Below are positions 10,001 through 18,923 of a DNA stretch of 64,000 nt, in pieces. The notes below the pieces were generated by a model that saw only the letters and a list, made by a program, of their open reading frames with translations, was not told where the DNA came from and searched no databases. Location: assembly GCA_947474435.1 (NCBI GenBank), contig CANJII010000015.1:12321-76320 (forward strand), read 5' to 3'. Each line of letters starts with the position of its first letter. Positions within the stretch are counted from its first letter, which is position 1. The translations under genes were made by a program, and so were the position numbers. The DNA is from Chitinophagaceae bacterium (lineage in GTDB: Bacteria > Bacteroidota > Bacteroidia > Chitinophagales > UBA10324).

Positions 10001-11203
10001 ACACTCAATGTAAATGCACCAGGAGTTTATTGGGTAAATATTTTAAACAACTGCGGCTCGGTTACTGATTCAATAACCTTCACTCAAGTATCAGCACCGG
10101 CTGTTTCATTGGGAAACGATACTTTGTATTGTTCAATTTTCAATCTTGTTTTAAATGCAAACAACACCGGTTCAGTTAATTTATGGTCAACCGGAAGTAC
10201 TTCATCATCCATAAATATTAATTCAAGTGGAACCTACTGGGTGAATGTTTCAAATACTTGCGGTGCTGCAACAGATACTATCATCATAGCACAATCATCT
10301 CCACCGGTTTCCTTATTGGGAAACGATACAATATACTGCAACAGTTTCACTCAGATTCTTGATGCCGGAATAAATGCTGCAACTTCCTATTTATGGAGTG
10401 ATGGTTCGACCAATCAAACAATTACTGTAAATCAATTTGGTACTTACTGGGTTCAGTTATCAAACATCTGCGGCAATGTTACAGATACCATTCATATTTA
10501 TCAGGCAATTCCACCATCAGTAAATCTCGGAAATGACACAACTTATTGCGGAAATTTTTCCATCAGTTATGATGTGTCTTGCACAGGCTGTAATTATTTA
10601 TGGTTTAATAATTCAACCGCATCGCAAATAAATATTACTACTGAAGAAACTGTTTTTGTAAATGTGAGCAATCAATGCGGAAATGCAAATGATACTGTTG
10701 TCATAACCGCTGAACCGATTTTATATCTGACACTTCAACCGGATACCACTTTGTGTTCACAACAATGGCTATCACTTTTTGCCAATACAAATGCTGAAAG
10801 TATTTTATGGTCAACCGGTGATACATCCTTCACAATTTATATTTCGGAAACAGGAACTTATTGGGCTGATGCAACAAATTCATGCAGTGCAGCAGTTGAT
10901 TCAATTATTCTATCGCCATGCCCGGGTGAGTACATTATGCCAAATGCTTTCTCTCCGAATGGAGATGGAATAAATGATTTTTTATTTCCTGTCCGTATTG
11001 GAAATGCCACACTGAAAGAAGTAGCAATTTATAACCGGTGGGGCGAACAGGTTTTCATTTCATCAGGTGGAGATTTTAATTGGGATGGAACTTACAACGA
11101 TTTACCCTGTAGCATTGGCGTTTATGTGTATGTGGTTTTCTATCGCGAGTTTGTGGATGGAAGAGAAGTTATGCTGAAAGGAAATTCAACTTTGATCAGA
11201 TAA
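7046..11203 (+). CDS. giant secreted adhesin-like repeat protein with type-B T9SS (gliding-motility-associated) C-terminal domain
   Basis: 1385 aa. Signal peptide ...FFSITSHAQ, seven tandem Cys-containing modules, and C-terminal PNAFSPNGDGINDFLFP...NRWGEQVF...WDG characteristic of the type-B CTD. Confidence 0.85.
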   Translation: MYNNHRCYPPIKLFFVLLIFFSITSHAQLKKSFVSEDIFQTNYFIENKGQFNEYGDDKSTVLYGIENNGEHIYFSQNGLIWHLSKRNKLEHLESENEEEREAEEIKNSKLFETDVTLQWLNSNSDCIIQPEEKSFHYFTYGEAKYNSHGYKKITYINLYPQIDVTYIVPDEGGIKYSLILHEGADISKVSFKYSGDKVKVDLTGDSLFIRNKVCDLTERRLKVFYEDGTPIQCKFNAEKNIVSFHFNEQVDQSRKIIVDPWVTPITTLTVTQGGGNNKGYDVDFDYQGNLYVYGAGYLSYSGLEENEKVAKYSTNGTLLWTFSGSIISPAWESKGGIGAMGNFVVEKLTGSFYVGQGADLINGSIIVRLNTNGVYDNFISPINPNFNEIWEMNLDCTNGNILGMGGGTQGNINMGVITTAGVFSSANVTGFASSYQDIASSTITNDGELFVLMASVSTWQLDNAILKLNSTLNGNFWIAPTGFYSLAEADNKPYVGYGCSNGLNALHANSQYLFYYDGYNIAAYDKNTGAPVGTSDSIPGNTLKFQGGIYADECNNIYVGGNNGNLKVFHFNGTLFTPLTDIVLPGMIGKHIYDIKYNSGNDLLFISGEELVATASRNQVCIDTSLQLSLFNDCSMSVINILNGDPSAQYTFIWTDSTANIVLQNHANLSVFSDTLNSFIAGHVIHVLVIKNALCGGANQDVSFIASNQLQISANPTICAGQSYVFNGHTYTATGVYLDTLLNASGCDTIVTTSLTVVTSSTSSQNITVCNGQSFTINGHTYNTTGTYMDSLISTFGCDSIVTTQLTVLPIINVNLGNDTVLCNGQSVILDAGNPGQNYLWNSNATTQTITVNTAGIYWVQVGAGNCIVTDSIQISSSTSILNLGNDTTICTGQTVTLNAGNAGSTYLWSTTAATQTISVNTAGNYAVTVTNVCGIQNDVITVSVSSLPVMIFGNDTNFCSNFNLTLNAGNAGATYLWNNGTNQQTLNVNAPGVYWVNILNNCGSVTDSITFTQVSAPAVSLGNDTLYCSIFNLVLNANNTGSVNLWSTGSTSSSININSSGTYWVNVSNTCGAATDTIIIAQSSPPVSLLGNDTIYCNSFTQILDAGINAATSYLWSDGSTNQTITVNQFGTYWVQLSNICGNVTDTIHIYQAIPPSVNLGNDTTYCGNFSISYDVSCTGCNYLWFNNSTASQINITTEETVFVNVSNQCGNANDTVVITAEPILYLTLQPDTTLCSQQWLSLFANTNAESILWSTGDTSFTIYISETGTYWADATNSCSAAVDSIILSPCPGEYIMPNAFSPNGDGINDFLFPVRIGNATLKEVAIYNRWGEQVFISSGGDFNWDGTYNDLPCSIGVYVYVVFYREFVDGREVMLKGNSTLIR
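9491..10920 (+). repeat. seven tandem coding modules (period 204-210 nt) inside the adhesin gene
   Basis: GGAAA(C/T)GA(T/C)AC (GNDT) recurs at 9494, 9698, 9905, 10112, 10319 and 10529, with a diverged 7th copy near 10739. Protein consensus: LGNDT..C......L.AGN.G..YLW..G...Q.I.V...G.YWV.V.N.CG...D.I. Confidence 0.85.
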
Positions 11204-11374
11204 AATAAATCAATAAAAAAATTCAACTGTTTAATCCCAATAAATTTTGCAAACAACTGCCAACTGATTGTGATTAACCTGACTCACTAAAATCATTCTT
11301 AAAATCTGACTCAAGTCATAGCAATCTCGTTTTAATAAACGAAACTTTGAATAGCATTAAATCCAATCAATAAA

Positions 11375-13492
11375 ATGAAAAACAAAATCTTTTTCTCCGC
11401 AATTCTTTTAGCACTGTTTATAAGTTTTAATATACCATCTGCAAAATCACAAACACTCGATTGGGTTCGTACCACCGGAAGTTATAACAAACAAGGAAAT
11501 ATGATTGCGCGCGATGCGAGTGACAATGTGGTGTCGTGCGGATACTTAATTCACGACCGCATGTTCACCCGCAAGTGGGATAAGTTTGGAAATTTTCTAT
11601 GGGAGAAGGAAGATACTTCCGGAGTTTTCAATAACCGCGAGCGTTCTTCATGGATTGCAACGGATGGTTCAAATAATATAATCACTTTGGGTTATCGCTA
11701 TTACGGAACAAGTGATGGACAGCCAAATGCAATTGTGATTTTGAAATATTCACCAACCGGAACTTTGTTGTTTAAGAAAACGATGCCGGGAGTTTATGGT
11801 CCTGAATCGCGATGCGAAATTGATCCTTCCGGAAATATTTATATTGGAATTGCTGCAACTGTTACAGGACAAGCCGATTATGGATTTAATTTAATTAAGC
11901 TCGACCCGAATGGCAATACACTTTTTATTTCCATTCATAATTTCGGAAGTTATTATGGAGTAAATAACATGCGCTACCGAAATGGATATATCGCGCTCAC
12001 CGGAATAACTTCTGTGCAGGGATTCAGTTTCAATTGCACCACCGCTTTGTTTGATGCAAGCGGAAATTATTTATGGGGAGTTGTTTCTTCCAGCATATAT
12101 GCGGGGATAGATGTGGAAGTAGATAATGGTGGTAATGTATATGTTGTGAATAAGGGTTATGCATCCGGATTAGATGATGATATGGTAGTAACCAAGTACA
12201 GTGTTACAGGTTCAACTCTCTTCACCTATTTCTATGATAACAACAGTCATACTGAAGCTCCTTCGCGCATTAATCTTCAACCTGATGGCAATGTGGTGGT
12301 TTCAGGTGTATGTACATCTCCTGTAACGGGATTGGAAACATTCAAACTATCATCAGCAGGTTCATTGATGTGGCAAGCATTTTATGGTACACCTGCTACT
12401 GATATTCCGCAATTATATTTTATGGCGACTAACCCAAATAACAGCGAAGTTTTCTTAACAGGTACAACAACTATCTCCGGAAATCCGGCAAGTGTATTCA
12501 CTATTAAATACGATGCACTTGGAAATCAATCGTGGGTGAAATTGTACGACTCAACTGCAACACGCGGAATGGGTTTAGCCATTGCAAGTGATGGAAGTGT
12601 TTTTGTTGTCGGATTAAACTGGTGGACAGTGTTACACTACCTTAATACAACTTCATCCGGAACCTGCGATGTTCCAACAAACATTTCATCATCAAACATC
12701 ACTGCAACAAAGGCTACAATAGGATGGACAGGAAATAACGGTGCAGTAAAATATCGCATTCGTTACAGGGTGTTGGGAACAACAACATGGACAACAAAAA
12801 TTGTAACCGCACCTGTCACCACAAAGATTTTAACACTTTTACAGCCACTCACAACTTATGAATATTGTGTTCGTTCTGACTGTAACACTTCCGGCACAAT
12901 TGCATCTGCTTATTCGTCCATTCAAACTTTCACAACCATTTGTGATTGCGCGAAGCCAACAAACATTAATGTAACAGCCATAACGCAAACAACTTCTACA
13001 GTTAACTGGACTGGAAATTCATGTGCTGTAAAATATCGTTTGCAAATTCGCAAGCAAGGCACAACAGTATGGACAACCGTTTTAATTATTGCTCCAACAA
13101 CCTTTAAAAATTTAACAGGCTTGGTGAACAATAGTATTTATGAAATAAGAATGCGAACTGATTGCAACACCGCAGGCACAGTAAATTCAGGATGGTCAAC
13201 TATACAAACATTCACAACTCCTTTGAGATTAGAAGATGAAACATCAAGTGTTGATGAATTTGATTTAATAGTTTTTCCAAATCCTTTTTCAGATAAAATT
13301 TCTATACAATCAAATAGCAATGATGTACCTGAGTTAATTTCAATTTATGATGTCTCCGGAAAATTGCTTTTGAATTTTGAATCAACGGATTTAAAAAATG
13401 AATTTGATTTATCATCACTCTGCAGCGGAATTTATTTTTGCAGAATAAAATCGAATGAAAATTTTCGAACTTTTAAATTGATAAAGAACTAA
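11375..13492 (+). CDS. T9SS type-A cargo: beta-propeller-like N-terminal half + two Fn3-like domains + Por sorting domain
   Basis: 705 aa. Signal peptide; repeated D.SGN.Y..G segments (SBBP-like); two C(D/A).PTNI...W.G....KY...YR modules; C-terminal VFPNPFSDK...SGIYFCRIK sorting domain. Confidence 0.8.
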   Translation: MKNKIFFSAILLALFISFNIPSAKSQTLDWVRTTGSYNKQGNMIARDASDNVVSCGYLIHDRMFTRKWDKFGNFLWEKEDTSGVFNNRERSSWIATDGSNNIITLGYRYYGTSDGQPNAIVILKYSPTGTLLFKKTMPGVYGPESRCEIDPSGNIYIGIAATVTGQADYGFNLIKLDPNGNTLFISIHNFGSYYGVNNMRYRNGYIALTGITSVQGFSFNCTTALFDASGNYLWGVVSSSIYAGIDVEVDNGGNVYVVNKGYASGLDDDMVVTKYSVTGSTLFTYFYDNNSHTEAPSRINLQPDGNVVVSGVCTSPVTGLETFKLSSAGSLMWQAFYGTPATDIPQLYFMATNPNNSEVFLTGTTTISGNPASVFTIKYDALGNQSWVKLYDSTATRGMGLAIASDGSVFVVGLNWWTVLHYLNTTSSGTCDVPTNISSSNITATKATIGWTGNNGAVKYRIRYRVLGTTTWTTKIVTAPVTTKILTLLQPLTTYEYCVRSDCNTSGTIASAYSSIQTFTTICDCAKPTNINVTAITQTTSTVNWTGNSCAVKYRLQIRKQGTTVWTTVLIIAPTTFKNLTGLVNNSIYEIRMRTDCNTAGTVNSGWSTIQTFTTPLRLEDETSSVDEFDLIVFPNPFSDKISIQSNSNDVPELISIYDVSGKLLLNFESTDLKNEFDLSSLCSGIYFCRIKSNENFRTFKLIKN
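12662..13236 (+). repeat. 575-bp double-Fn3 cassette, copy 1 (paralogous to 14693..15267)
   Basis: Colinear with copy 2 at a constant offset of 2031 bp, with no indels in my hand alignment. About 24 aa differences in ~191 residues. Confidence 0.85.
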
Positions 13493-13495
13493 GCG

Positions 13496-15535
13496 ATGAA
13501 AAAATATTTCGTGGTTGCAATCATGATTATTGCAACAACAAGATTGATGAATGCTCAGGCAATAGTTGATTGGTACAATTATCCGGGAGGAGTTTCCATT
13601 GCAACTGATGCAAGCAACAATGTTTATACAGCAAACTGGGATTATAATCCGGCAGGCGACATCACACTAACAAAGCGTAACAGTACCGGAACCATTCTGT
13701 GGAATGTTGCTTATGATAATATTGATAATACCCGACACGAAGTGGCAACATGGGTTGATACAGATAATGCAGGAAACATTCTGGTTTCAGGAACCATCCG
13801 CTCAGGTTATTCTAATCCGGTAAATGCTGCAAGTTTGTTAATGAAGTATGATGCTGCCGGAAATTTATTGTGGCGTGTAGTGTATGAAAATTCATTTGAT
13901 GGTTCATCCACTACAAAATGTCTGGTAGATGCAAACAATAATATTTATGTGCTCGGACTTGGAACTGGTCCGAACGGTCAGGTTACAAAAGTGAAAAAAT
14001 TTAATTCATCAGGTGTTTCTGTTTGGAATTATTTTGACTCAGAAATTGGCGCACCACTTAATTTCAAATTTACCCCTGATAATAAAATTGTGATTTCACA
14101 CAGAGGTTTGACTGGAAGTATCAATGGCTATTCTAAAATTGATTTGAATGGAAATAACATCTGGAGTTTATCAGGCATAAATAGTTTAACAGCCGGCGAT
14201 GCTGCTGGTGACGCATTCGGAAATACTTACATCATAAATGGAGAATATGTGGTTGTAAATGCCGGAAGTATTTTAACAAAATTATCTCCGGCAGGAGCTG
14301 TTTTGTGGTCACAAACAAATACAATGAAAGGCAATCGGATTGAAATTGGTACAGATAATTTTCCGGTGATAAGCGGTTATCCAAGTGTTGGATATGGTGC
14401 GGCATTTATGAAGTATGATAACAACGGAAATTTTATTTGGCAAAATCTTGATGCCGATGGAGCTGCACTTGCATTGTTAGCACATGCCCAATTGAAATTG
14501 GATGGAAATAATGCAGCCTATCTTATTGGAAGTACTATGTCGCAAATGGGTGTATGCAAAGTGAACAATGATGGTACATCAGCGTGGACAGTTACCACCC
14601 CAAGTGGTTATCCTGTTTGTTTTGATTTTGGAACTGATAATAATATTTATGTAGCAGGTGGAACAACTGCCCGTATTACTCAACCTTCAAACACCTGCGA
14701 TGTACCAACCAATATCACCTCATCAAACATCACTGCAACAAAGGCAACAATAACATGGACAGGAAATAATGGAGCAGTAAAATATCGAATTCATTATAGA
14801 GCGCTCGGAACAACAGCATGGACAACAAAAATTGTAACTGCACCTGTTATCACAAAAACTTTAACACTGTTACAGCCGATCACCACTTATGAATATTGTG
14901 TTCGTTCTGACTGTAACACTTCCGGAACAATTGCCTCTGCCTATTCTTCCATTCAAACATTTACAACAATTTGCGATTGTGCAAAGCCAACTATCATTAA
15001 TGTTACAGCCATTACACAAACATCGGCATCAGTTAACTGGACTGGCAATTCATGTGCTGTAAAATATCGTTTACAATACCGCAAGCAAGGTATTACAGCA
15101 TGGACAACTGTTTTAATTAATGCTCCCATAGCTTTTAAACATTTAACGGGTTTGTTAAGTAATTCTGTTTACGAAATAAGAATGAGAACTGATTGTAATA
15201 ACACAGGCACTGTAAATTCAGGATGGACAACCATTCAAACTTTTACTACTCCATTGAGATTGGAAGAGGTTTCAACAAGTGTTTTTGATTTATCAGTTTT
15301 TCCGAATCCAACTGATGGAAATTTTATTTTGAAAGTGAATTCAATTGCAGATGAAAATGCAGAATTGACCATCGTTAATATTTTAGGTCAGAAAGTTTGG
15401 AGTAATCCAATTGTGTTGAAATACAGTGAAAATATTTTCAACTACTCTATTGAAAATATTTCCTCCGGAATATATTTTATTGAATTAAAAACCGATGAAG
15501 GTGTGACTACTGAAAAAATATACATTGCGAAATAG
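13496..15535 (+). CDS. T9SS type-A cargo, tandem paralog of the upstream gene (propeller-like + two Fn3-like domains + sorting domain)
   Basis: 679 aa. ATG lies 3 nt after the upstream stop. Same architecture as the upstream gene. C-terminal VFPNPTDGNF...SGIYFIELK. Confidence 0.8.
   Translation: MKKYFVVAIMIIATTRLMNAQAIVDWYNYPGGVSIATDASNNVYTANWDYNPAGDITLTKRNSTGTILWNVAYDNIDNTRHEVATWVDTDNAGNILVSGTIRSGYSNPVNAASLLMKYDAAGNLLWRVVYENSFDGSSTTKCLVDANNNIYVLGLGTGPNGQVTKVKKFNSSGVSVWNYFDSEIGAPLNFKFTPDNKIVISHRGLTGSINGYSKIDLNGNNIWSLSGINSLTAGDAAGDAFGNTYIINGEYVVVNAGSILTKLSPAGAVLWSQTNTMKGNRIEIGTDNFPVISGYPSVGYGAAFMKYDNNGNFIWQNLDADGAALALLAHAQLKLDGNNAAYLIGSTMSQMGVCKVNNDGTSAWTVTTPSGYPVCFDFGTDNNIYVAGGTTARITQPSNTCDVPTNITSSNITATKATITWTGNNGAVKYRIHYRALGTTAWTTKIVTAPVITKTLTLLQPITTYEYCVRSDCNTSGTIASAYSSIQTFTTICDCAKPTIINVTAITQTSASVNWTGNSCAVKYRLQYRKQGITAWTTVLINAPIAFKHLTGLLSNSVYEIRMRTDCNNTGTVNSGWTTIQTFTTPLRLEEVSTSVFDLSVFPNPTDGNFILKVNSIADENAELTIVNILGQKVWSNPIVLKYSENIFNYSIENISSGIYFIELKTDEGVTTEKIYIAK
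14693..15267 (+). repeat. 575-bp double-Fn3 cassette, copy 2
   Basis: See 12662..13236. Confidence 0.85.
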
Positions 15536-15650
15536 AAAATTTTCACAGAATATTTTTCTTCTTAAGAGAATTAATTGTTTAAAAAATTCAGCCTCTGTCC
15601 GAAATGAAAGTTGTGGGTTAGTTTACAATATTGATTATCCCAAAAAAGAA

Positions 15651-15679
15651 GAATCGTGGAAATACGATTCGGTTTTTTT
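15651..15679. terminator. hairpin + T-tract between convergent genes (probably bidirectional)
   Basis: gaatcgt-ggaaat-acgattc followed by ggttttttt on the plus strand. The reverse strand reads the same hairpin followed by ttcttcttttttg. Confidence 0.5.
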
Positions 15680-15703
15680 AAATGTGAACCAGAATTTATA
15701 AAA

Positions 15704-16696
15704 TCAATTATTCAAAGTATTCCAAATCATCTCCTTCATTTTATCAATGCCTTCTTTTTTATAAGCTGAGATAAATACATGAGGGATTTTTTTCGGCAAT
15801 TCTTTTTTCACGAGTTTTAAAATTTCTTCATCAGCCAGATCACATTTCGAAATCACGAGCATCCGTTGTTTGTGTAGTAACTCAGGATTGTATTGCTCCA
15901 ATTCGTTTAACAAAATTTCATATTCTGCTTTTATATCGTTGCAGTCAATTGGAATCACAAAAAGCAACATGGAGTTTCGTTCAATGTGACGGAGAAAGCG
16001 ATGCCCCAATCCCTTGCCTTCATGTGCGCCTTCAATAATTCCGGGAAGGTCGGCCATCACAAAAGATTTATTGTCTTTGTACTGCACCATTCCAAGATTG
16101 GGAACAAGTGTGGTGAACGCATAATTCGCAATCTCAGGTTTGGCGGCACTCACAACAGAAAGTAAAGTTGATTTACCTGCATTTGGAAAACCTACCAATC
16201 CAACATCAGCCAATAATTTCAACTCCAGAATTTTCCAACCTTCTTCCAAGGGTTCGCCGGGCTGTGCGTGTCGTGGTGTTTGCTTGGTTGGTGTTTTGAA
16301 ATTATAATTTCCTAAACCTCCTCTCCCTCCTTTCACTAAAATTCTTTTTTCACCTTCCTTGGTAATTTCAAAAAGAATTTCTCCGGTGGCAAAGTCTTTG
16401 GCCACTGTTCCGAGCGGAACATCGAGAATAATATCTTTCCCCGAAGCACCGGTACTTAAATTGGAACTACCCGGTTCACCATCATCGGCATGAATGTGCT
16501 TGCGATATTTTAAATGCAATAAAGTCCACAACTGCTGATTGCCTCGTAAAATAATGTGCGCACCGCGACCACCATCACCACCATCAGGCCCGCCCATTGC
16601 CGTGTTTTTATCTCTGCGTAAATGCGAAGCACCCGGTCCACCGGCTCCACTTCTGCAAAATATTTTTACATAATCAACGAAATTGCTTCCTTCCAA
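15704..16696 (-). CDS. obg: GTPase Obg/CgtA
   Basis: [25 protein letters not shown], Gly-rich Obg fold [11 protein letters not shown]1 [22 protein letters not shown]. Confidence 0.92.
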   Translation of the reverse strand: MEGSNFVDYVKIFCRSGAGGPGASHLRRDKNTAMGGPDGGDGGRGAHIILRGNQQLWTLLHLKYRKHIHADDGEPGSSNLSTGASGKDIILDVPLGTVAKDFATGEILFEITKEGEKRILVKGGRGGLGNYNFKTPTKQTPRHAQPGEPLEEGWKILELKLLADVGLVGFPNAGKSTLLSVVSAAKPEIANYAFTTLVPNLGMVQYKDNKSFVMADLPGIIEGAHEGKGLGHRFLRHIERNSMLLFVIPIDCNDIKAEYEILLNELEQYNPELLHKQRMLVISKCDLADEEILKLVKKELPKKIPHVFISAYKKEGIDKMKEMIWNTLNN

Positions 16697-16701
16697 TTTT
16701 T

Positions 16702-17283
16702 CTATGAGAGTTTATTCATCTCGTCGCAAAGGTGCGCGAATATTTCGTCAATAGTTCCAACTCCACGAATAGAAACAAATTTTTTCTGTGCAAGATAGAA
16801 ATCAGCGAGAGGAGCGGTTTGATTATAATATACTTTCAATCGATTGCGAACCACATCTTCGTTTGCATCATCAGTTCTTCCGCTGGTTAATCCGCGATTG
16901 ATTAATCGCTTCACTAATTCTTCATCATTTACTTCTAACGACAACACAACATTGATGCTTGAATTTTTCTTTTCAAGAAATTCATCTAATGCCTCGGCTT
17001 GCGGAACAGTGCGCGGAAACCCATCAAAAATAATTCCCTGCATTTCTGAAGTAAGGTTGCTATCGGCATAATTGCCAAGCATGCGAATCGTTAATTCGTC
17101 AGGTACCAATTTACCTGCATCTAAATATTGTTTTACTTCTTTACCAATTGCAGTTTCATTTTTTATTTCACTTCGGAATATATCGCCGGTGCTGATGTGC
17201 AACAGCTTAAAGTGTTCCCTGAGCAATTGTGCCTGGGTTCCCTTTCCACTGCCCGGAGGTCCGAATAAAATAATGTTCAACAT
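16702..17283 (-). CDS. adk: adenylate kinase (short-lid type)
   Basis: P-loop [24 protein letters not shown], short lid GRTDDN without zinc Cys. Confidence 0.92.
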   Translation of the reverse strand: MLNIILFGPPGSGKGTQAQLLREHFKLLHISTGDIFRSEIKNETAIGKEVKQYLDAGKLVPDELTIRMLGNYADSNLTSEMQGIIFDGFPRTVPQAEALDEFLEKKNSSINVVLSLEVNDEELVKRLINRGLTSGRTDDANEDVVRNRLKVYYNQTAPLADFYLAQKKFVSIRGVGTIDEIFAHLCDEMNKLS

Positions 17284-17696
17284 GTAAATTGATTAAATGC
17301 AAATGTGTTCAGACAATTTCAGAATTCAAAGGTCAAAAGTCAGAAAGAGAATAAATATTTTTTTTAAGCATTGGAAATTTGTTGAGAATGAGTTTGCCAA
17401 TGAGCCATGGAAAACACAGATAGCCACTGAAAGTTTCATTTGTAACAAATGAGCAATTTTCCGTTGTAATAAAGAATGAGGAACTTAAAAGGTGTTATTG
17501 TTGCCAATGGTATTGTGATGACTGCGGTTATGATTTTAATCAACCTGTATAGCGTTATCTTCACCGACTCGAATATTAGTAGAAATCAAAAGCAATCCAA
17601 TTGACATCTGAAATACTATATTCACCAACAGAATTGTTCTTCTTTTTTATAATTGATAAAGAAACACAATCTGAAAATTAACTTCAATTTTCATTA

Positions 17697-18818
17697 ATGG
17701 AATTTACAGCAGAAAATAAACCAACCACTCCCAATCTCAAATTCGCTCATTCTTCGAATGAATTTTATTCCGAAGTAAAAAATCGGGTTCATCAGTATTT
17801 TCAAAAGAATAACCTTTCCACTCATGCTGATTATCGCATGGTAATTAAATCGGTTGTTTTATTGGGAACATTTATAGGAACTTATCTTTTATTTTTTACT
17901 GGCTGGTTGAATGGATGGCAGGCACTCATTGCCTGCTTTGTACTCGGAATCAGTTCAGCCGGAATTGGATTTTCAGTAGCACATGATGCAATTCACGGTG
18001 CTTATTCTTCCAATTCAAAATTGAATTATGCGCTTGGATTAACAATGAATTTGATTGGAGGGAATAAATATGTTTGGAGTATCACCCACAATATTATACA
18101 CCATACTTATACCAATATTCATGGTTATGATGAAGACTTAGAAGTTTTTCCTGCTGCAATCAGAATGTCAACAAATCAGGAGCGTAAACCAATACATCGT
18201 ATTCAGCATTTTACTGCTTTTATACTTTATGGATTCGCAGTAATCTTCTGGGTTTTATTTAAAGACTTCAAAAAGATTTCGCAGGAAAGTATTGGCCCTT
18301 ATAAAATAAAAAAACATCCGCGCACAGAATTATTGGTATTGTTTTTAACGAAAGCAATTTATTATACCTACATTTTTGTTTTGCCTTTATTATTTCTCCA
18401 TTATACATGGTGGCAATTTCTAATTGGGTACCTCAGTATTTATTTAACTGCTGGAATGATTCTTGGAATTGTTTTTCAAATGGCCCATGTAGTAGAAGAT
18501 TTAGATTTCCCAATGCCAAAAAATAACGGAGTTATTGATAATAATTGGGCAATTCATCAAATGCACACCACTGCAAATTTTGCTATGGACAGTTTTATTG
18601 TAAATTGGTTTGTTGGTGGATTGAATTTTCAGGTGGAGCATCATTTGTTTCCGAAAGTTTGCCATGTTCATTATCCGGTGATCAGTAAAATTGTGCAGCA
18701 GACCGCGAAAGAATATAATGTGCCGTATCACTACAACCGCACTTTCGCTGATGCCATTCGCTCGCATTACAGAATGCTGAAGGAATTGGGAAGACCGGTT
18801 AATATTAAGCCTATTTGA
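17697..18818 (+). CDS. membrane fatty-acid desaturase, front-end type His boxes
   Basis: 373 aa. His boxes HDAIHG, HNIIHH and QVEHHLFP, with TM segments between them. No cytochrome b5 domain. Confidence 0.8.
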   Translation: MEFTAENKPTTPNLKFAHSSNEFYSEVKNRVHQYFQKNNLSTHADYRMVIKSVVLLGTFIGTYLLFFTGWLNGWQALIACFVLGISSAGIGFSVAHDAIHGAYSSNSKLNYALGLTMNLIGGNKYVWSITHNIIHHTYTNIHGYDEDLEVFPAAIRMSTNQERKPIHRIQHFTAFILYGFAVIFWVLFKDFKKISQESIGPYKIKKHPRTELLVLFLTKAIYYTYIFVLPLLFLHYTWWQFLIGYLSIYLTAGMILGIVFQMAHVVEDLDFPMPKNNGVIDNNWAIHQMHTTANFAMDSFIVNWFVGGLNFQVEHHLFPKVCHVHYPVISKIVQQTAKEYNVPYHYNRTFADAIRSHYRMLKELGRPVNIKPI

Positions 18819-18923
18819 TTATATATTTTTAAAGCTCAAATATTAAAATTAAAATCCCTTATTTTTATTATAAACCGAATAAAGAATCTATTAAATATAT
18901 TTACATTCAAATTATACATTTCT

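Noticed and set aside
9491-10920. Regular ~207-nt periodicity might be a CRISPR-like or satellite array.
   Set aside because: The repeats are in frame within one long ORF, the period is far longer than a CRISPR unit, there are no conserved short direct repeats with unique spacers, and conservation is at the protein level (GNDT, Cys, YLW, YWV).
12662-15267. The two 575-bp near-identical blocks could be template and variable repeats of a diversity-generating retroelement.
   Set aside because: No reverse transcriptase or accessory gene is in the window. Substitutions are spread over all base types and many are synonymous, not adenine-specific. Both copies sit in equivalent positions of tandem paralogs.
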